Shown here: in pieces, positions 39,886-52,485 of the stretch
How the letters are laid out: each line of letters opens with the position of its first letter
Numbering within the stretch: the stretch's first letter is position 1
Source of the DNA: Ylistrum balloti
Lineage: Eukaryota
DNA length: 64,000 nt
Direction: 5' to 3'
Assembly: GCF_031769215.1 (NCBI RefSeq)
Contig: NW_026782016.1
Span: 1,054,001 to 1,118,000, forward strand
The notes under the pieces: generated by a model
The model's input: only the letters and a program-made list of their open reading frames with translations
Told to the model about the DNA's origin: nothing
The model's database searches: none
Translations under genes and position numbers: made by a program

Positions 39886-40289
39886 TATTATTATTATTTT
39901 TTTTATTACATACTTAACGGCCCGTCAACACATAAAAGGCCATAAGGGCCATCAAACAGTAAAACACACAGCGATCCAAAAGGAAATAACATTAAACAAA
40001 CCAAAAGGTAAAAGACAAATGTTAAAAACCTTAAATGGGTATGTTAACACAAACGATTAAAACGGAACGTCATAGTCTATTATATAGACCAACATCTTTC
40101 AGATAATGTAGAATTTTACAGATCTCAACAGTTTCAAAAAGGGATTTTGGACATGTAATGTTACGATAAAAACGTTCTCGAGTAGACAGAGGGTCACTAC
40201 AGTCCAATAAAAAATGCTTAACGGTGAATGGCTCATCACATCTTATGCACCAAGGATTATCTTCGCCTTTCAACATATATAAATGTGTA
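39886..40289 (-). mobile_element. 5'-truncated Nimb/I-clade LINE 3' end with 12-bp TSD
   Basis: ORF2 C-terminus THLYMLKGEDNPWCIRCDEPFTVKHFLLDC...LKDVGLYNRL* (C-x2-C-x7-H-x4-C), short 3'UTR, A/(TAA)n tail. Identical atgtatcaacaa at 39874-39885 and 40290-40301. Confidence 0.88.
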
Positions 40290-43200
40290 ATGTATCAACA
40301 AGACATCTTTTGTAACGGACAAAAAAAACGTCCTGAGTTGCTGTATGGAAGATGGTGATCAAAATATCAAAAATGTTTTATATCAACCATGTAGATATAT
40401 TTTTTAGATATATATATAGAGAGAGAGGGGGGTTGAGATTGCATAAATATTTCTCGTCGACTAAAAGGCTAAAAGCATTTATCATACTCATTACCATATC
40501 TATATACATGTATAACCAAAAATGTTCAATGATAAAAAAACTGTTTCAATATCATATCAGAACATGTGGTCATTTAGAATTTGAATGTACGCCGTTTTCC
40601 TTTTTCTCTTTATATGTGTATATCTCTGTAAATCTCTGTCAAAAAATTCTACATTTCTAAAAACAATAACGGCATCACACAAACTCTACACATCAAATGT
40701 TACGCGCGGAATTTCAATCTCAGCAATATCACAACCCAAGTACATCCTTTACATTACAGATACAGCGATATAAATCCCGCGTGTAGCACCTCTATTTCAT
40801 TACTGCTTTGACTTTTATCATGGGTTCAGTTCCCGATGATAAACTTTGATGAAATTCAAAGGATATAACATTAACGTTTGGGTTTGTTTCAATTCTCATA
40901 CTAATTTTACGGTGACGATAAGCCACCTTGAATTACGGATTTGCTGGCCATATGACTAACCCTGATTATACTTGATGGGAGGTCGATCAATCGGTGCTGA
41001 CCAGTTGGGGAAATGGTCTTCCATAACTATCCCTTGCTGTTGTAACATCTACACTGCCATATTGCCGATCCTCCAAGTAAATAAAAACAACACAAAAACC
41101 AAATGTAAAAGAAAACAAAAAGAACACAGCACATATCAACAGAATAACCATTTAAACTAAAAGCACACAAAGGATAAGCGTCTATTGCTTTCTTATCAAC
41201 CCAATGAAATAACACCTGTTTTTATCAATAAATGGGGAATTTGCTGTAGGAAAACTGAAATCAGCTTGGTCGAAAGTTGTCTTTGTAGGTCTCGTCGTAG
41301 GAAAAGATCGATTTAAGCAGTTAATCAGCGAAAAACTATTCTTCATGACTTTAAAATTGCCAGCCTTTCCAATGCAATTCAAGTGTTAGATCTTTCCGAT
41401 TTCCATATTAAGAATTTCCCATTTCTGTATGATAATATTTCTACTTTTTTTTTAAAATAATTCTATTTCCGTGCGTGTTAACGCCTGCTAACAGATGAAA
41501 TAACAAGACAGGTTTTCGCCGCAAAAATGCCAGTGAATGTAGGCTAAGGGAGAGTTTGGTGTTCACCACTATGATCTCATCATGGCATTTCTCTGTGTAC
41601 GATATAAAGCTAGATGTTTATGATGACCGTTAGTATATTATGTTGTTAACCTTTTTTTCAGAACGCATCACTTCTCACATGCATTGACTTAGCTGTATTT
41701 GACTTTTACTCTCTCGGAACGTCTAGACTTTCTTTACTTGGACTTTTGAAAGGGTCTCCATATATGTATTTTCTTTGTTTCTGTTTTGCCGTCGTTTCAT
41801 CACTTTTTAATCTAAATCAGCTTGACGTATACCCAACTTATAAATATATTGATATCTATTGTTTTGACACAAGTACGTCTATCGTTTTGTGAACCAATTC
41901 TATGTACATGTTTACCGCACACATCTATTCTGCATTCAAAACAACATTTCCCGTGTCCACACTCTCACACAAGTAGTTTTCAATGTCATATAGAGTTTAA
42001 TATAAGAAGGTACATTTCTATTGGTCGATTACCGATTAATCATAATGAATTACTAATATGTCACTTCAGTTTTTTTTGTCTTAATAAGGTGACGAATATG
42101 TCAAGTGACATAACAGCTGGTGTAATGCCATTTGCGAACACAAACCATGAAAACAATGACTGGGTTAAGAAGAAGGATTTCACACAGTGTGTGCAATAAA
42201 CTGTGTTTGAAACACTTATCAGCAGAAAGAGATGGCAAAACAAATATATTCTAATGAGAAAGTTAATGTTACTCGTTTTAAATCTTATTACGTATTCCAC
42301 AAGAAAAATTAAATTGATACTATCTGTGAATATTATATTTGCAGACATTGCTTAAAGTGTATTAAATATTTCTAATCCTTATCTTATCCAATGTACCTGT
42401 CTTACACTAAAAACATAACGCATGATCGATGTGAATACAAGTTAAACAGGCATTACTGATGTTGTTTCTCAAAGACCCTGAATTACCGGTTTTTAGTTCG
42501 ATCTTTGAAATGCAATTACACTATTTCATTTTCTAACTTCGAGTTATCTCCCTTATACCATTAGGTTTGGAGAAGGAATGGGTAGGGGAAGGAAAAAGAG
42601 AATGCATTGTTTCCGATTTTTATTCAGTTATCTGATTGATATGGTTCAGGCACACATATAGGAAAATGAGGTTAATATGAGTTTACAAGTTCTCTTTGTC
42701 TTGAATCGGTTACAACATCAGGAAAAGTCGAATTTCACTGATTTAGTCAAAAGGGAATCAAATGCGAGTTCTGAAAATAAAAAAAAAAATAGTCGATATT
42801 TCATAATGCATCGATATGTAGGTATGTAGTAAAACCGTTACATAAAAGCAAGCATATTCTTAAAACATATAAATGTACATGTATTTATAAAAAAAAAATC
42901 GTTGCCACGGTGATATAAACAAGAGGCCAAATTGGCTCGTATCTCTCTCCCCTATACAATGTAAAAAAAGAAATAGATAAAAAAAAAATCTAAAACCTGT
43001 CAATTATTATGATTCTTTGAGCTGAAGTTGTCAGGGTTTTTTTCTCATAAATTTAGCCAATTTGACAATAGATTAAGGTTATTTCTGTCCACAAACGTTG
43101 TTGGGCTTCAACCAACGAACATAACAGCCAAATATCATGATTCTAGGTCTCATGGTTATTACGGATTGGTCGTTTTAAGGGAATCTAACGCCATAAAGAC

Positions 43201-43603
43201 GCATGATAGACGTCGCACAATGGTATATGAGCCAAGTAAGCCGAGCAGGTTATTCAATAAGAAACCCTTATCTGTTATATATATGTCCTTTTCTAACGAC
43301 GTCCTAATTAGGAACATAGCAAACAGCTACAACCGATAAACTATACTTTCGTTTGCTACCAACCTACTTGATTTTCGTACATTGAGTTTTATCATTATTT
43401 TGAATAAGCATAATTGTTTGATAGAGCAAAAATCACTTTCAAGCAATACTTCTATAATACGAAGACTGTCGTAATAGAATATCATATTCAGAAACCTTTA
43501 CAATATCTCATAGTCTGATGGCAGACAGGACATATTATCTCTTATATAGCATTCAAAGTCACGAAATACAACACATTCAGCAGGCAGAGTATGTTTATGT
43601 TTT

Positions 43604-43816
43604 CATAATTGTGGGATAGGCTGAATTTTCCGTCATAATTGTGGGATAGGCTGCACTTTCCGTCATAATTGTGGGATAGACTGCACTTTCCGGTATAATT
43701 GTGGGATAGGCTGCACTTTCCGTCATGATTGTGGGATAGGCTGCACTTTCCGTCATAGTTGTGGGATAGGCTGCACTTTCCGTCATGATTGTGGGATAGG
43801 CTGCACTTTCCGTCAT
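43604..43816. repeat. 30-bp VNTR x7 (cataattgtgggataggctgcactttccgt)
   Basis: Units at 43604, 43634 ... 43784; this explains the TESAAYPTIM repeat ORF. Confidence 0.97.
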
Positions 43817-44080
43817 TATTACAATATTATACAATTTACTATGAATTTACCCTTTCCGGCAGTTAAGGCCTATATGCCTAAACGTATACAAATTTTCGAT
43901 TAGGTAACATGATGGTATTCTAGAGGTGAATTATTATACAAAATATGCCAGTACAGTTTTCCTAATTTTTTTCTCTCTCGGGAATTTCATTTATATAATT
44001 TATAAAAATTCTATCATATAGATCATTTCAATGCCATGGAAATGCGTTTAATCTTAGTTTGCCAAGAACAAAAATATTGA

Positions 44081-47000
44081 TTACTCCAAAAGTTCGAACT
44101 GCGCATTTGTGGTTTTCTCGGTTTTTTTCACTTTTGCCTCCACGGATAGCTCTGTGCCACCAAACTTAAGTCTTGCCGATACTACTCGGTCCGATGCAGG
44201 GACATCCATTGGAAGATCCACCAGCATCTTTCCGATATATGTACAATTATCAGTCTCACAGTACTTAAGCTCATCTTTCTCGGATATGTAAACTCTCAAG
44301 ACCATTTTCGTAGCTTCATCAGTCAACGGGTGATAATCTTGAGGCTCGGTTGCTTCCCCTATGTCAACTGACTGTCCTCTAGCAACATGCTTGCTAAACC
44401 GATCATCACAATACAATTTCCCTTTTACTGTTGATTTCTTATTCTCTGGATCACCCTGCCTGAACTCTTCTGACACTTGAATACCGTAAGTGTGTTTCAT
44501 CACACGCGTAGAAATTACTTTAGTGTTAAATCCGAATAGCACTGCTCCTTTCAGGACCGACAATCCAGCATCCTGGGGAATTACGATTTTCTTCGAGTGA
44601 CCGAATCTTTCTTTCACTGCATGTCGTAGCATTGGAGACTCGGAAAACCCTCCAACCATCAGAATAACAGATGTTCCAGCCGCGTTTTCTTCATCAAAAA
44701 TTCGTTCGACGTGTTCTACGATCACCTCGCATGTAGTTTCGAACAATGCCTTTGCTTCAGAGGCATCGACTCTGATTTTGTCGCCGATCCATGCAATTTT
44801 TCTTCCTTTTCGTCCCTGCGACAAGGATTCGCGTAGCCCCTCCCCTTTCATGTCCTGGTAGACCTCATTAAGAGCTATTGGGACTTTGAATGTGACTTTT
44901 TGGTCGAGTTCCGGCGTGATAGTTCGCTTCTTGATTTCGAATTCACGAACAATATCTAAGTAGGAATCTCTATGGTTTAATTTAAATGCGTCCCATACTT
45001 CGCCGCCAACCAAGTCTATGAGAAACTGTTCATATGCCTCGTCTACTCTGGTTCCTCCCCAGTCTCCGCCGTTCGCCATATATACCTGGTGGAGAGATCC
45101 GTCGCTCTGAACCTGTTGTACAGTGATATCTACTGTTCCACCTAAAACCAAAGAAAGTATATGTGGACAACAAGTTAACTATCATCTAACAAATAGTTTT
45201 CATTTTCACAAAATGCTATATATTTTTTCTCTTTTAATAAACAAGCCCATGATATTATCTTTTATGCTGTAACGTATGACCCTACAATTTTAAAGACGAT
45301 ATTCAAAAATATTTTTCTTCAATACAGGTCAAAATCGGTTGATATTGGGTTACTGAAAAATGGTTAATGTATTAAAATCAGCTATTCTTATATATTTACA
45401 TGTATCGTTCATTAGCCAGATTTCCGTGATGAATATCAAAGATATACAGAATGTATGTAAACTATAACAAAAGACAATGTATTGTCTTTACAACGGCAAA
45501 GACAAGCGGACACTAATTGTCCGAAATCACATCGGACACTCACCCCCTGCGTCCAGCACCAAATACTTGGTACCAGGACATATTGCTTCTAAGCCAGCAA
45601 TGTTTTCGTTTTCTCTGTGTTGTTCCTGTCCACGCTTTCCTATCGGAATGTGCTTGCAGTATATCGATGCCGCCTCCGGCTCCAGAGCTATGTCAAGATG
45701 GTCAGATCTGATGCCGGCCTAATGAACAAGTACATTTTATAAGCGGTTATTATACACTCAATCAATGTGTGTTAAAATGATTTGAGCAACAATTGTTTGT
45801 AATACGCCTATGTCGTTCTAGTTCGAAACATTTAAACAAAAACAAACAAAAAGACATTGTGTCACTGTTTGTGCAGACTTCATTATGTCATTTCAGTAAT
45901 GTTCATAATAATCTTAAATATTTCAGCGATGCCGAAAATCTTCTTTCAGTCAAATGACGAATTATTTAGAATTAAGCTTGGTAACTTATGAAACAGATAA
46001 GGTAATGCATTATTTGCTATTACGTAATTTCCAGAGAAAGAGTTCCTTTTGAACCCCCACCCAAAATGACTACCAGTAGGTTATAATAAGTATCTAAAAG
46101 GGTTTCTTGTAAGGGGTACCAAGAAAAATTGGGGCATGGTCTTAAAATCAACCCTTTCAGACACTTGTACTATATTTACCAGGTATAATAACCCATTGGT
46201 AGCCACTTTGGGTTGGGGGAAGGGGGGGGGGGGGTCAAAAGGATCCAGATGATTGCTAATTTTTTCACGGTACATTAGACACGCTTTAAGGAAGCCCCTA
46301 TCTTTAGCGTACCAAACAACAACAACAACAACAATAAAAAAAGTCTGCGACGTGTAGGTGACCGTTCAGTCAACTGGATATCATACTACGAAAACAAAAC
46401 AAAAAACACCCACAAACAAGAGACAAACAACAAAAAGAAAGTTCAAAGGAGGGGAAATGGTGAAGAGAAATGACCAAAACGAAATAACGGAAGCCAGTTG
46501 TACGAGATATCATGTCCTCTGTCTGTACCTGGCATCCAAAAAAGGAAAACAATATCATACATATCATAGGCAATCATACTTGTTTGGCAGCTTCTCTCAT
46601 AAATTGCTTGGCTTTATCAGACCAGATGGCTGGAACAGTAAGAACCCAATGGACCTCCTCGTCTTTGATACCTTCACTGATTGATCGCTCATGCATTGCA
46701 CGAAGCATGTGTCCACGTAGGTAATGGATGATCGCCGTAAATACATCCATGGCATTCATAATATTACCCTTGTCATCCTCGAGTGTGCACTGGCGAGAAA
46801 TATTCTAAAACGAGTACAAACGTTAAGAAAAATTTAATTAGGATGTATTTATTCATAAGATAAAATATCAAATATTACTACATATATAGTGGTGGAAGGC
46901 GAATGTGACCGGGGACGAACATGTATTACTGTATCAGCGATCTATATTATATTAGATATAATTTATTAATGACAATCTTATGTTTATTGTAGGTCTACGA

Positions 47001-48092
47001 GAGTATCAGTCAGATACTACGCAACTCATTGACATAGTATGCTTTCTATATTCTAATAGGATATATTGTGCAAACACATGCATTCTCAGTTATATTTACG
47101 GCCAATAAAAACATGGCAACAGAGATATTCATACTGACACGTGTACAGGCAAGGGGAAGTTAAATCGACAGTACATATTCGCAATGACACGTATACAAGT
47201 AATACATGTACACATAATTCCAGCGACACGTGTACAGGTGACACCTGTACTCATATTTCCAATGACGCATGTACACATATTCCAATGAAACCTAATCAGG
47301 TGACATATGTACACATAATTCAGTGACACATATTCAAGTGACACATGTATACATATTTCACGTGACCCGTGTACAGTTGACTTGAAAACACACAGTGACA
47401 CATGTACAGGTGACACCTGTATTCATATTTCAAGTGACACGTGCACACATGAAAAATAAGCTGACGATATAGGTGTTCCAATGACTCATTTGCAAATGAT
47501 TCTGAAATAATCCTTGTGTGTATTGGTATATGCATGTTTCACAGATCCTGGATATTTCACAGGTAAAAAGAAAATCGAAATGAAATAAACTAATACATTA
47601 TACATTATCTGGCGATTTTTGAGACTAATATTAAATTTCCTATTTCAGTATCTAATATACTGTATTTTATCAGAAACCCTGTGGGTTCTCGTCCTGTGGA
47701 GGGATACAAACTACACTGAAGGAAAAATCGTGCATACGATACTTGTTTTAAATGTATGAAAATATTACCGGGTTCTTATACAGCATCATCTTGAACCGCC
47801 GGAAGTAGTACCAGTCGTGGAACTCATTGTCATTGGTTAGGTCAGCATACTTGTCTTCAGCATCGAACCCAAAGGAATGGAACTTCTTATCTGGGGTGAA
47901 AAGTGCGCATGTCGAAGTTTTAAGAGAGACTCCAACGCTTGATCCACTGTTCCAGATGTTTCCTTGGATGCGGAGTGCGTCGTTCGCACAATCATTTCGG
48001 AATGCGAAAGCATATCCGGAATAAGTGGTGCCAAAATCTATAGCGGCTACTATAATCTTTTCAACGTCATCTTCCTCTAAATATGATGCCAT
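44081..48092 (-). CDS. HSPA12A: HSPA12-type atypical Hsp70 (H4); 4 exons, ~594 aa
   Basis: Exons 48092-47769, 46804-46580, 45718-45544 and 45141-44081, phases 0,0,1, GT-AG. Motifs IVAAIDFGTTYSGYAF, WVLTVPAIWS, LEPEAASIYC, LDAGGGTVDIT and MVGGFSES. Confidence 0.95.
47130..47460. repeat. Degenerate palindrome-rich minisatellite (gtgacac(g/a)tgtacag) in H4 intron 1
   Basis: Recurring gacacgtgtacaggtgacacctgta-type units. Confidence 0.7.
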
Positions 48093-48173
48093 GGTGAAAA
48101 GCTCCTGTGGTTTGATAAAATAGTTATTTAATGTATATAACTAGAGTGCTCATTAGTCCAACAATAATGATTT

Positions 48174-48465
48174 AAATATAGATACATTGGGCATAGCCTA
48201 GTTCACTGTCACTTAGCAACACCTTGTTAACCCCACATTGGCTTTTTATTATAACTACTGAAAAAAAATTGTTTTTTGTTCATTTGATGGTTTATTTAAC
48301 TGTAAGATATGTTTTTAATTTCATAAATAGATACAAAGTAACTCTCTCTGTAAGGGTGGCCTTTTTCATTCATATTCATTGTTGTGTCGTTTCTTGTCGT
48401 AGTGTGCAGATACATAAATATAGATACATTGTGCATTGCCTAGTTCACTGTCACTTAGCAACACC
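48174..48465. repeat. 50-bp direct repeat pair (48174-48223, 48416-48465) upstream of the H4 ATG
   Basis: aaatatagatacattg(g/t)gcat(a/t)gcctagttcactgtcacttagcaacacc, 2 mismatches, 242-bp offset. Confidence 0.9.
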
Positions 48466-50268
48466 ATCGGTCTACCAAATAAACACGGCATTGAAGAAAA
48501 CGTTAGGTGTTTAAATGAATTGATCGAAAAACAAACAAACGAAAAAGCTTTAAACTGGTATCCAGTGGAAATAAAAAAACTTGTTTGGAAGCATTGTACA
48601 TTATAACATGTTTTTTTTTCCGAACAGTATATCTTATCAGACGTCATACATATTTAAGTATCTATTATAGTAATGGGGATATCAGACTATTCAAGGCACA
48701 CAGTGATCTGTAACAATATTTCTGGGTAATGAGGGTTTGTATAGTACACTATAACTGGTAAAGAGGTCCAACGAAATGCTAGAGGAATATTCATCATCCT
48801 CAGAAGATATTCGTACAAATAATGTTCAATTTTTACATCTTTAGTATCAAATTATCTGAAATACATAACCTACACCGAAATACTGCACACTAAACTTACA
48901 CGCCTGTCGGTCACTGTGAAGTGAAAGAAGACCGGCGAATTCTCCGTTAGGGCTATATATCTGTTTGCTGAAACCAAGGTCAATTAATATAAATCAAGCT
49001 AACTATAGCACTATCGTATTTAGTTGGTTCCCTTTACTAGACTATTATAAATGTAGTATACTATACAATCCGCCATCTCTAGAGACATTGTTACAAGCCC
49101 CTGTGATGGCACACAACGTGTATAAACACGCAGACTACATAATGTATTCAATATACAAAACGAAAGTAGATACTGCATACGGAAGTTAAAAAATAGAAAT
49201 TCTAAGATGTAGAAGAAATGATACTATTTTCAATATGTTATGTTCGTCGAATCTTACTTTTCTCATTCACATTTTCTAGTTTCGTTTATTTTATTCATCT
49301 CTATTAATTCATATGCTTATTTATACACATGTGTACGTGTGGAAGCTAGGACGAGCATCGCCATTGATTTCCTATCGTTTTATTCGAGGTTGTTTACCGG
49401 GAGCAGAAATCTCACACACTTTAATGATATGTTGCACAAACTGTTACTCACCCGTCCCAGAAAACTGTGTACACGCCTGTCTCCCACTATTCAAAGTGAA
49501 TCCTTCCCTTTTAAATTCCTGATTTGACAATTCACTTCCCAGTTGCCCAGGTATACGTCATCACAATGTCGGGTATCGGGAATAAATTGACAGTTGCACG
49601 CCTCAGAGGACAGCGTTTTAACTTCCCACTTTCGATTTATATATACATTACACAGCTAATATCCCGAATATCGTTTCTGTCCGACCAGGGCTGTTTTTAA
49701 TTTTCCGTCTGTGCTTACTTGTATCATATGTTGCACTGTGTAATTAAATTCGAGGTTGATATTCTATGTGCAGGTTAAGAATGGATTTTTCGAAATTTCA
49801 TTTTGTAAGTTGTGTATGTGATGAAACTACGATAGAGGGTATGAATTCAAGTTACATATGTACACATATGTAAGTTACTTCAGTTATCCGATATAACTTC
49901 GATGCAAAGGCCACCCAACAAAAAATGAGTAGTTACACACAACGTACATATACTTAATGATCGATGTACGTATGTACGCAATGAAAACATCTTCCATACC
50001 TGAATATAAGAGAGATATTTAATTAAGATAGATACCTGATATATATAAAGGGATTCTGTGTGTAGATAATGGTGGTAGGGATTCTGTACTGTTGTGAAAG
50101 TATACATAATTCTATAGAATATATATATAGCACAACAACGAAATAGTACTGATTACCATCAGCAGACTTCCTTGTATGTGAATCCTATCCGTCACCAAAA
50201 TCTTCTACTCCCCTCGGTTGCATTCGAAAATGTCTCACATAAATGTAGGCTGTAGCAGTTGTGTTTAA

Positions 50269-50517
50269 GGTAGACCGATCGTTATATCTATAAAACATGG
50301 TATTGTTTTAGGCAGACCGATCATTATATCTATAAAACATTGTATTGTTTTAGGCAGACCGATCATTATATCTATAAAACATTGTATTGTTTTAGGCAGA
50401 CCGATCATTATATCTATAAAACATTGTATTGTTTTAGGCAGACCGATCATTATATCTATAAAACATTGTATTGTTTTAGGCAGACCGATCATTATATCTA
50501 TAAAACATTGTATTGTT
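50269..50517. repeat. 42-bp VNTR x6 (ggcagaccgatcattatatctataaaacattgtattgtttta)
   Basis: Units at 50269, 50311, 50353, 50395, 50437 and 50479. Confidence 0.97.
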
Positions 50518-51922
50518 GATCTTACTAAATCCATTTACAACATTAAACTACCTAGCCCTAGTCCTAATGATTCACATCTCACATCCCCTATCCTTATGAC
50601 TGACTGCTGAATCCTTGTTCTGCTTGTAGTATTTACCATGTTGTCACTTTCCCGACTCGCCTTGGATCTTATCGGGGTGTGCATATGATATGTAATTATC
50701 TCAATAATGCTTTTCAATTTCCAATTTGCCCTGCAGACTTAGACTTCTGCATGGTTTGAAAAAAAATAATCATGCGTCGCTTCTCCAAGGAAGACTTCCA
50801 AAAGTATAAGTGCTCTTGTAACACCGGATAAGTACGTTTCATCAGATGTGAGGATCAAGGTTGTGGTGTGAGATATATGTGTTGACGAAAAGAAAGATGC
50901 GTGTGATCGCTGATATTGACATTGTGCGTGTTTGTGTTTTTTCCTGTACTTTGTGAGAATACAGTAGATTACAATGAATTTGATTGTAGACAACTTATGA
51001 GTTCCTCTTAGGTACCAAATTACAGGGGATCATGCTCATCAATACTTGGAATATTCACTTGCTTTATTTCAATACTGACATTTTAGTATCTAAAATCTAA
51101 ATTCAATCATCTGTCAATCACTGTTGTTTTTTTTTTCAACTCGATGGAGGAATCTTCAACAGTTCAGTATTTTGTACAATACTTTAAATATGAAATTACA
51201 TTCCACTCTCCAAGCCCGTCCTGTTTCAGTGGTTATACCGGACCAATATAGGGAGCGCTCCCTTATTTGGCAATAAGAATTGGGATACGTTAAAAGGTTA
51301 CGATACACAAGTCTGTTTATTCTAAAATCCCACTTGAATGCACTGTGTCCGAGGGTAATTGTTGAGAAAACACGAAATTTATCCATCAGAACGAGTCTAT
51401 GAATTACTGAAACTCCAGAGTGTTGTGTGATCGGTCTGTATCTGTTGGTCTTCAGTGGAATCTAATGGATATTGCAATGGGTATCATTCCTTTCAGAAAA
51501 CAATTCCCCCATCCACACATGTACCTCTTTTACCAATATTTTCTAAAATAGAACGTAATAGTTTCATTTCTTCAAACAACACAAGTGGTGTGATTTTTCC
51601 AATTCGAACTATATTTTGCCTTGTCTGATTTACTTTAACCGAATTGTTACAATATATAATTAATGACCGTCTGACTGTGTAAAAGTCACTGTCCATATAG
51701 ATCCCTACGAGTAGACATTTTGGATTGAACATCTACAAATGTGTAGACAACGTTCTACGATTTTGATGGCAACAATTCGACGAAACCATATAAAATGTTT
51801 GTTAAATACTTACACTGTAGTCTGTACTTTTACCCAATATTCATATTTCACATTGGATTAATAATATCAATTATATAAGATGTAATTAAGTTCGTTACTC
51901 TCAGATTATGTGAAAGTTTATC

Positions 51923-51960
51923 ATTATTATTATTATTATTATTATTATTTATTATTATTA
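51923..51960. repeat. (ATT)n microsatellite
   Basis: About 12 units with one interruption. Confidence 0.9.
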
Positions 51961-52019
51961 ATATTACCCTTTAAGAACATTTACCGTAAGGGTAATCATT
52001 AGTTGGTCTGAACTAGGAG

Positions 52020-52154
52020 AGGGAGATGCAGTAACCCATAAGTATGGGATTAATACAGAGAAATTAGGGAGATGCAACAACCCATAAGTATGGGATTAAT
52101 ACAGAGAAATTAGGGAGATGCAACAACCCATAAGTATGGGATTAATACAGAGAA
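52020..52154. repeat. 46-bp tandem repeat x3 with internal palindrome cccata-ag-tatggg
   Basis: Units at 52020, 52066 and 52112, with no spacers. Confidence 0.95.
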
Positions 52155-52485
52155 TTGATTGGTACTGTTTTATAATTAACACTATGTAAGCTGAATCCCA
52201 TTACACGTGTAATGCACGGGCATGCATTTCATGGATATCATTCGCTAATTTAACTGACATTCTAAGTTTGCCATGACGACTTGAACGTAAATTCGACATC
52301 AAAGACTTAGATTGCGTTTGTTATTTCGATATAAAGAAAATATTGCACATTTTTCTTTAAATTTCCCCTGTACTAGACAGGTAATTATGAAATCGGTAAC
52401 ATCTTATTATTTCATAAGTATAGCATTGTAGAATTTCATATAAGGGCAGTATATATGCAGTAATAAACTGCAGCTGACAGAGTTT

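Noticed and set aside
43595-43834. ORF with TESAAYPTIM repeats (and 50265-50534 with IGLPKTIQCFIDIM repeats)
   Set aside because: These are by-products of stop-free VNTR units whose length is a multiple of 3; there is no splice or start context.
48700-49250. Heat-shock elements upstream of the HSPA12 genes
   Set aside because: Only isolated two-unit GAAnnTTC matches were seen and no three-unit nGAAn array.
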